The notes under the pieces: generated by a model
The model's database searches: none
Told to the model about the DNA's origin: nothing
Seen by the model: the letters and a program-made list of their open reading frames with translations, nothing else
Part shown: positions 25,661-29,702 of the stretch, in pieces
Layout: each line of letters begins with the position of its first letter
How positions within the stretch are numbered: position 1 is the first letter of the stretch
Program-made: the position numbers and the translations under genes
Origin: Candidatus Thorarchaeota archaeon
GTDB taxonomy: Archaea; Asgardarchaeota; Thorarchaeia; Thorarchaeales; Thorarchaeaceae
DNA: 29,702 bases
Assembly: GCA_011364905.1 (NCBI GenBank)
Contig: RDNZ01000035.1
Location: forward strand, 1 to 29,702
Direction of reading: 5' to 3'

Positions 25661-25682
25661 TGGTCTGAGAGAGGATGAAAAC

Positions 25683-26561
25683 ATGGGCGAGACCTATAGT
25701 GGGTCCGCCACAACACTACCTGACCAGAGGACCGACCAAATGATGATACTAGTATCTATCACACTTGTAGTTGCTCTAGTTGTTGGTGGATTTGTCGTGG
25801 CGGCCAATATCTATGGGGATCAAGATAAGGGTCCAATTGACAATGACCAACAGATCATTGCCATGGACCGCGTTGATCCCGCTGGAACCGCCCCACTGCA
25901 AGCTTCGAGAGCGCCTGATTTTGTGATGGAATCGGAAAGTAGTTGCTGGGGGCCACTCTATACTGAGCAAGGGACTATTGACTTCTATGATGAATACCTT
26001 CCGGAGTATCTTCCATTATGTGTCAATACCGCTGCTCTTTCGGACTATTATGTAGATGTTGTTGTTCATGGTGGCTACACTCCGGCGGAGTTTGCTAGCT
26101 ACATTAATGTTTGGCAAAAGACTGACTTCAAGGGACGAATTGATATCCAATGGACTAAGATGGAATTAGATGGCGACTGCTGTGCGACCTTCTTCCGTGC
26201 AACCTTCTATGTTGTGGAGGACTTCTGCTTAGACAGCAGTCAGTATCCATCTGTCAATGACCCGTGGGAGATCGATATGACTCCTGGAGATATGATTCCT
26301 GACAAGGAAGTATATCTCAAGATCCATACTGAATGGAGCGGGTGCGTACCAGGTGGCGACCAGGACTTCACGATAATCCAATCACAGTCGTATCAGGCGC
26401 TCTCAAAGCGTAGCATCCTCATTGTGAAACCGAACACCTTTTGCAAACATCTCGAACGTAAACAATCAGTCCGATGTTATAGCCAAACAGCATTAGTACA
26501 AGCCATTTTTGAACCGAAAAAAAACCGACAATGGAGGAGTGATAGAAACAAATACAATTAG
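25683..26561 (+). CDS. Membrane-anchored acidic, Cys-containing extracellular protein with a suspect C-terminal ~60 aa
   Basis: N-terminal TM, Asp-rich beta domain, GAGGA upstream. Composition turns basic and intergenic-like after about 26375. Confidence 0.65.
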   Translation: MGETYSGSATTLPDQRTDQMMILVSITLVVALVVGGFVVAANIYGDQDKGPIDNDQQIIAMDRVDPAGTAPLQASRAPDFVMESESSCWGPLYTEQGTIDFYDEYLPEYLPLCVNTAALSDYYVDVVVHGGYTPAEFASYINVWQKTDFKGRIDIQWTKMELDGDCCATFFRATFYVVEDFCLDSSQYPSVNDPWEIDMTPGDMIPDKEVYLKIHTEWSGCVPGGDQDFTIIQSQSYQALSKRSILIVKPNTFCKHLERKQSVRCYSQTALVQAIFEPKKNRQWRSDRNKYN

Positions 26562-26595
26562 GAACATTTAATTCAAACGTTGACTTTCGTAGTCG

Positions 26596-27522
26596 ATGTG
26601 GATAGGATTGAAGAAACTTGAAGGCGTCGAACCACATGAGTCTGTGATTCAAAGAGTCAGGTGCACCTACAAGAATCACTGGGGAGATCTCATACTAACA
26701 GACAAAGGTATCATCTTCCTCAAGATCAAAGGCATCCTCGGCCAAGGACGCGAACGACTCCATTGGTTCGACTTTGATGATATAGTTCGAATTCAAACTA
26801 AAAAGAAGAAAACAGGGATCTTCAGACAAGGCCTAGTACTAGACCATCAAACAGAATCCACACAGAAACGATCGTACTATTACGCATGTGAAGAGCACAA
26901 AGCCGTGCTCTTCCTTGCATTCTATGAAAGACAAAGACTCTTACCTGGGGCTTCAAGGGAAACCGAATCCACAATTCGGAGTCTATCGACATACAAACGT
27001 AACGCTGATTTGCTTAAAGTTGCCAAGAATCCAAAAATGCGACCTTATTTCTACTCCTACGCTCTTGAGAGGGTAGAAGAAGACATTCTAGGTCTTTTAA
27101 TACATAGATTTGACGCTGATCTGGTTGAAACAGCCAGTGAAAAGAGGGTTGTTTCTGATATAGCTTTACTACATGGGTCTGACTCACGCAAGGTTCCAAA
27201 AGATCAAGTGTACAATACTGTCGTCGATGTGGTGTCTTATCTGACCGATAAGGGCGAATTAGACGGAATAGTCACCGATCTGGGCAAGTACGTCTCCAAT
27301 AGGGCTTTAGCACGAGTGACGGTTCCGTTTGAGATGATATCCGACTTTCAGACCATTTTCTCTCAGTTGCATGACAAAGGACTACTGATCTGGGCCATTG
27401 AGTGTCCGAAATGCTTCAGAAAAATAAAGTATCCAAAGAATGGTCAAGAAACAACCTGTCAATTCTGTAATGAGACTATTCATGCAAAAGATGTGTTAGA
27501 GAAATATGCAGATTTGTTTTAG
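26596..27522 (+). CDS. PH-like + PCI/winged-helix + zinc-ribbon protein
   Basis: GDLILTDKGIIF...FDDIVRI (PH-like), L.DKGELDGIVTDLGKYVS (PCI-type wing), CPKC-x13-CQFC. Confidence 0.7.
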   Translation: MWIGLKKLEGVEPHESVIQRVRCTYKNHWGDLILTDKGIIFLKIKGILGQGRERLHWFDFDDIVRIQTKKKKTGIFRQGLVLDHQTESTQKRSYYYACEEHKAVLFLAFYERQRLLPGASRETESTIRSLSTYKRNADLLKVAKNPKMRPYFYSYALERVEEDILGLLIHRFDADLVETASEKRVVSDIALLHGSDSRKVPKDQVYNTVVDVVSYLTDKGELDGIVTDLGKYVSNRALARVTVPFEMISDFQTIFSQLHDKGLLIWAIECPKCFRKIKYPKNGQETTCQFCNETIHAKDVLEKYADLF

Positions 27523-27527
27523 CAGGT

Positions 27528-27566
27528 GCTCAAAAAGCGAACTTTTGAGTCTTTTTTCATTTTTTA
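27528..27566 (+). terminator. Hairpin plus oligo-T terminator
   Basis: GCTCAAAA..G-cgaa-CTTTTGAGT followed by CTTTTTTCATTTTTT, 5 nt after the stop. Confidence 0.6.
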
Positions 27567-27750
27567 TGGTCAACAGGTTCACAATCTCTTCAGTACCTTC
27601 AAAATTCGCCAAGTTTTGAAAACCTTGAAGACTCTGACACTGTTTGTCATTGAAAAATGCATACTAACAAGACGTTAACAACATACTTCGATTTTTCGAA
27701 AGTTCTTGATGTTGAAACAGTCTATGGCGATAGGATTTTAGAGAGTCAGA

Positions 27751-28047
27751 ATGATGTTGGTAGTGGGTCATAGTATGTTGATACTACTCCAATTCTTTGA
27801 TTGGCTAGGGTCAAACCTTGCATACATGATGTTTGCCCTTTCAATGCTGTTTCTCTTCATAATGATTATCTACATCAAGTTCTTTTTCCGCACCTTTTAC
27901 CCGGGCACACTCTATCGACACTATCGAAGAGGCAGACTGCTTGAAGAAAACGACCAAGGTGGAAAGGTCGTACTCATCCCCCTCATTGATAGACTTGAAG
28001 TGTTTGATGATGACGATGACGAAAACAATGAAGATGCTCCCCCATGA
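27751..28047 (+). CDS. Small membrane protein with acidic C-terminus
   Basis: Hydrophobic helix, basic juxtamembrane segment, DDDDDENNED tail. Start position uncertain. Confidence 0.55.
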   Translation: MMLVVGHSMLILLQFFDWLGSNLAYMMFALSMLFLFIMIIYIKFFFRTFYPGTLYRHYRRGRLLEENDQGGKVVLIPLIDRLEVFDDDDDENNEDAPP

Positions 28048-28117
28048 TGCTGGAGGAGCAATCCAAACTGACTTAGTGTTATGGTATAGGTAACTAGTGG
28101 CTTTTTCCGTATCCCGC

Positions 28118-28759
28118 TTAGCTACCTCTTCTCACCAAGAACGCAATCACAACTATGACCACGACAGCACCAACACCTACCAGAGCTATTGTCATCAGAT
28201 CCAAACCTCCGGGTTGCGTTGGGGGACTGGTTCCTGTAGATGTTGTGGGTGTTGTGGAGGTCGTAGTAGTTTGCGTTGTAGTTGTGGTAGTTGTGCTCGC
28301 GGTGGACACGGTCACAGCGATGTCCAGACTCGTTCCGACCCATCCTGTCGGTGATGCGGTCCATACGCGGACTGTCCAAGAGCCGACTGCGAGAGGTGTA
28401 AGCGTGACCGATATCGTCACCTGGTCAGATGTTGGATTGAGATCGCCGCTTTGGCCATCTTCGATGCCTTGATCTGTGAATGAGAACTGCGCATTGTCAG
28501 CCCATCCAGATTTGATGGCGATAGCAACCTTGCCATCTCCTCCAGAGTAGCCCGTCTGGCTAAGCATGAGAGTGAACGGAACTCCGACTGTTGCGTCAAC
28601 AGTCCCAGTTGCATTAGATGTTAGAATAAGCACACCTGTGGTATCGTGGCAGTTGCCACATGGATTTGTCTGAGTCGGAAACGCTGTCACAGAGAAAGCA
28701 CCGGCAGCAAACAGTACAACCACTCCAAGCGCGACAAGAAATAGTTCTTTTCTTTTCAA
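28118..28759 (-). CDS. Secreted, C-terminally anchored surface protein with a CxxCH motif
   Basis: Signal peptide, CGNCH, beta-sandwich-like region, poly-Thr linker, TM anchor ending RR. GAGGT upstream of TTG. Confidence 0.8.
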   Translation of the reverse strand: MKRKELFLVALGVVVLFAAGAFSVTAFPTQTNPCGNCHDTTGVLILTSNATGTVDATVGVPFTLMLSQTGYSGGDGKVAIAIKSGWADNAQFSFTDQGIEDGQSGDLNPTSDQVTISVTLTPLAVGSWTVRVWTASPTGWVGTSLDIAVTVSTASTTTTTTTQTTTTSTTPTTSTGTSPPTQPGGLDLMTIALVGVGAVVVIVVIAFLVRRGS

Positions 28760-28958
28760 TTTGAAACCTCGTTTAAAATCTGATTTATAAATTGAAAGTG
28801 GCGTACGTAAGCATCATTTGTCAGGTATAAAAATGTAACTTCTACAAATACAAATCATACATATTTTAACCACGTTGATTAGACACAAACGGACGTCCAC
28901 TTCAAGTGAACAAAGAAAAGAAACTACTTCTTGTGATGGAAGACTTCAGTGGAAGTCA

Positions 28959-29147
28959 TTAACCACGGATTCGAGTCCCGTGGACTTTCTTATGTGCCCA
29001 GTTATATTGACGCAACTTGGAAGAACTACCAAAACCACAGGCAGCGCATGTCTTATGTCTCACGTGAAATGCCCTCCTTCCACATCTTCTGCATCGTATG
29101 TGGTGTGGATTGTTTTTCTTACCTTTGGAGGGTGTACCCTTTCCCAT
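28959..29147 (-). CDS. rpl37e: 50S ribosomal protein L37e
   Basis: [10 protein letters not shown]...[13 protein letters not shown]....CAACGFG....R.YNW. Confidence 0.97.
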   Translation of the reverse strand: MGKGTPSKGKKNNPHHIRCRRCGRRAFHVRHKTCAACGFGSSSKLRQYNWAHKKVHGTRIRG

Positions 29148-29165
29148 TATTCAACACTCCTTTGA

Positions 29166-29411
29166 CTACTTTGGCGGAGGTGAGACGATCACAACGTTGT
29201 CGCCTCTCACTATCACGGTCTTGACTACTTCTATTATTTGCTCACCGGTTTCAGGATTGACAGAGATCTCCTCAGCATCCTCAAGGATGAGGTTCAAGTG
29301 TTGGTCGTAGCCTCGCAGTTTTCCCTTGATTTTCTTCTTTCCCTTCAGTTCGACTAGTACTTGTGCGCCAATCGAGCTCTGAAGTAGTTCCATGGGCCTG
29401 CCTGCGTTCAT
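29166..29411 (-). CDS. Sm-like (Lsm/SmAP1) RNA-binding protein
   Basis: Sm1 V.VELK....I.GKLRGYDQHLNLILEDAEE, Sm2 VIVRGDNVV.VSP. Conserved archaeal linkage with rpl37e. Confidence 0.96.
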   Translation of the reverse strand: MNAGRPMELLQSSIGAQVLVELKGKKKIKGKLRGYDQHLNLILEDAEEISVNPETGEQIIEVVKTVIVRGDNVVIVSPPPK

Positions 29412-29567
29412 GCTATCACCGTCACAGAAGCAACATCATGTAGCCAATGGGCACACGATGTCCGCGGTACCCTTTGGACTTGGCTTAAAAAGATGACGAT
29501 GCCTACTGCGTTTTTGCCCTGTTCAATGACGTAGCTTTCAAAAGGATTGCATCATAGGAATTAGGTG

Positions 29568-29702
29568 ATGCCAAAGATAGAACGTATCAAAAAACGACAT
29601 CTCCTCAAGAAACGAGAGCAACGAGATGAGATTGCGAACATTGAGAAAGAAATAGGCTCTTCGATTAATGGACTTGACGATAAATCCCATATTGAAGGCG
29701 GG
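29568..29702 (+). CDS. 5' part of a probable DUF1947/PUA RNA-binding protein (runs off the window)
   Basis: Open frame MPKIERIKKRHLLKKREQRDEIANIEKEIG... to the window end. The KRHxLKKRE start and proximity to Sm fit the archaeal pre-PUA family. Confidence 0.55.
   Translation, partial: MPKIERIKKRHLLKKREQRDEIANIEKEIGSSINGLDDKSHIEGG

Noticed and set aside
25683-25810. Archaeal type IV pilin/archaellin signal peptide
   Set aside because: No basic residue + G/A cleavage motif precedes the hydrophobic stretch
28240-28300. GTT/GTA/GTG low-complexity repeat
   Set aside because: Explained by the poly-Thr linker codons of the minus-strand gene
29440-29510. Fluoride riboswitch-like 3' end (GATGACGATGCCTAC)
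   Set aside because: The 5' GGxGAUGG element and pseudoknot pairing are missing and no fluoride-related gene is adjacent. More likely divergent promoter sequence

Overview
Gene-dense archaeal chromosomal window with about 31 CDS and no rRNA, tRNA, CRISPR array or transposase that I can see. The archaeal Sm (Lsm)-rpl37e pair, two Rab-like small GTPases and PCI-like winged-helix proteins point to an Asgard archaeon, with Thorarchaeia a tentative inference. Left third (0.9-11.6 kb): a DNA-damage/genotoxin cluster containing AlkD-like and YcaQ/AlkZ-like glycosylases, a DinB-like protein, an alpha/alpha-toroid protein translationally coupled to a 1629-aa tandem-fused double UvrA whose two halves have lost complementary domains, and a SAM-like+DUF4332 protein. 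Middle: a copper module (PadR-TRASH regulator and CopA with two C-terminal YHS domains) with a shared candidate operator ATATATC-N6-GATATAT upstream of both genes, followed by MFS, GNAT, Rab, PhzF, a 5-repeat membrane protein, SDR and TauE. Right: PCI-like proteins (one PH-WH-Zn ribbon with a DDRGK-like motif), a structured 5' leader, a CxxCH surface protein, rpl37e, Sm and the start of a probable PUA-domain protein. All family calls come from motif recognition by eye, not from database searches.
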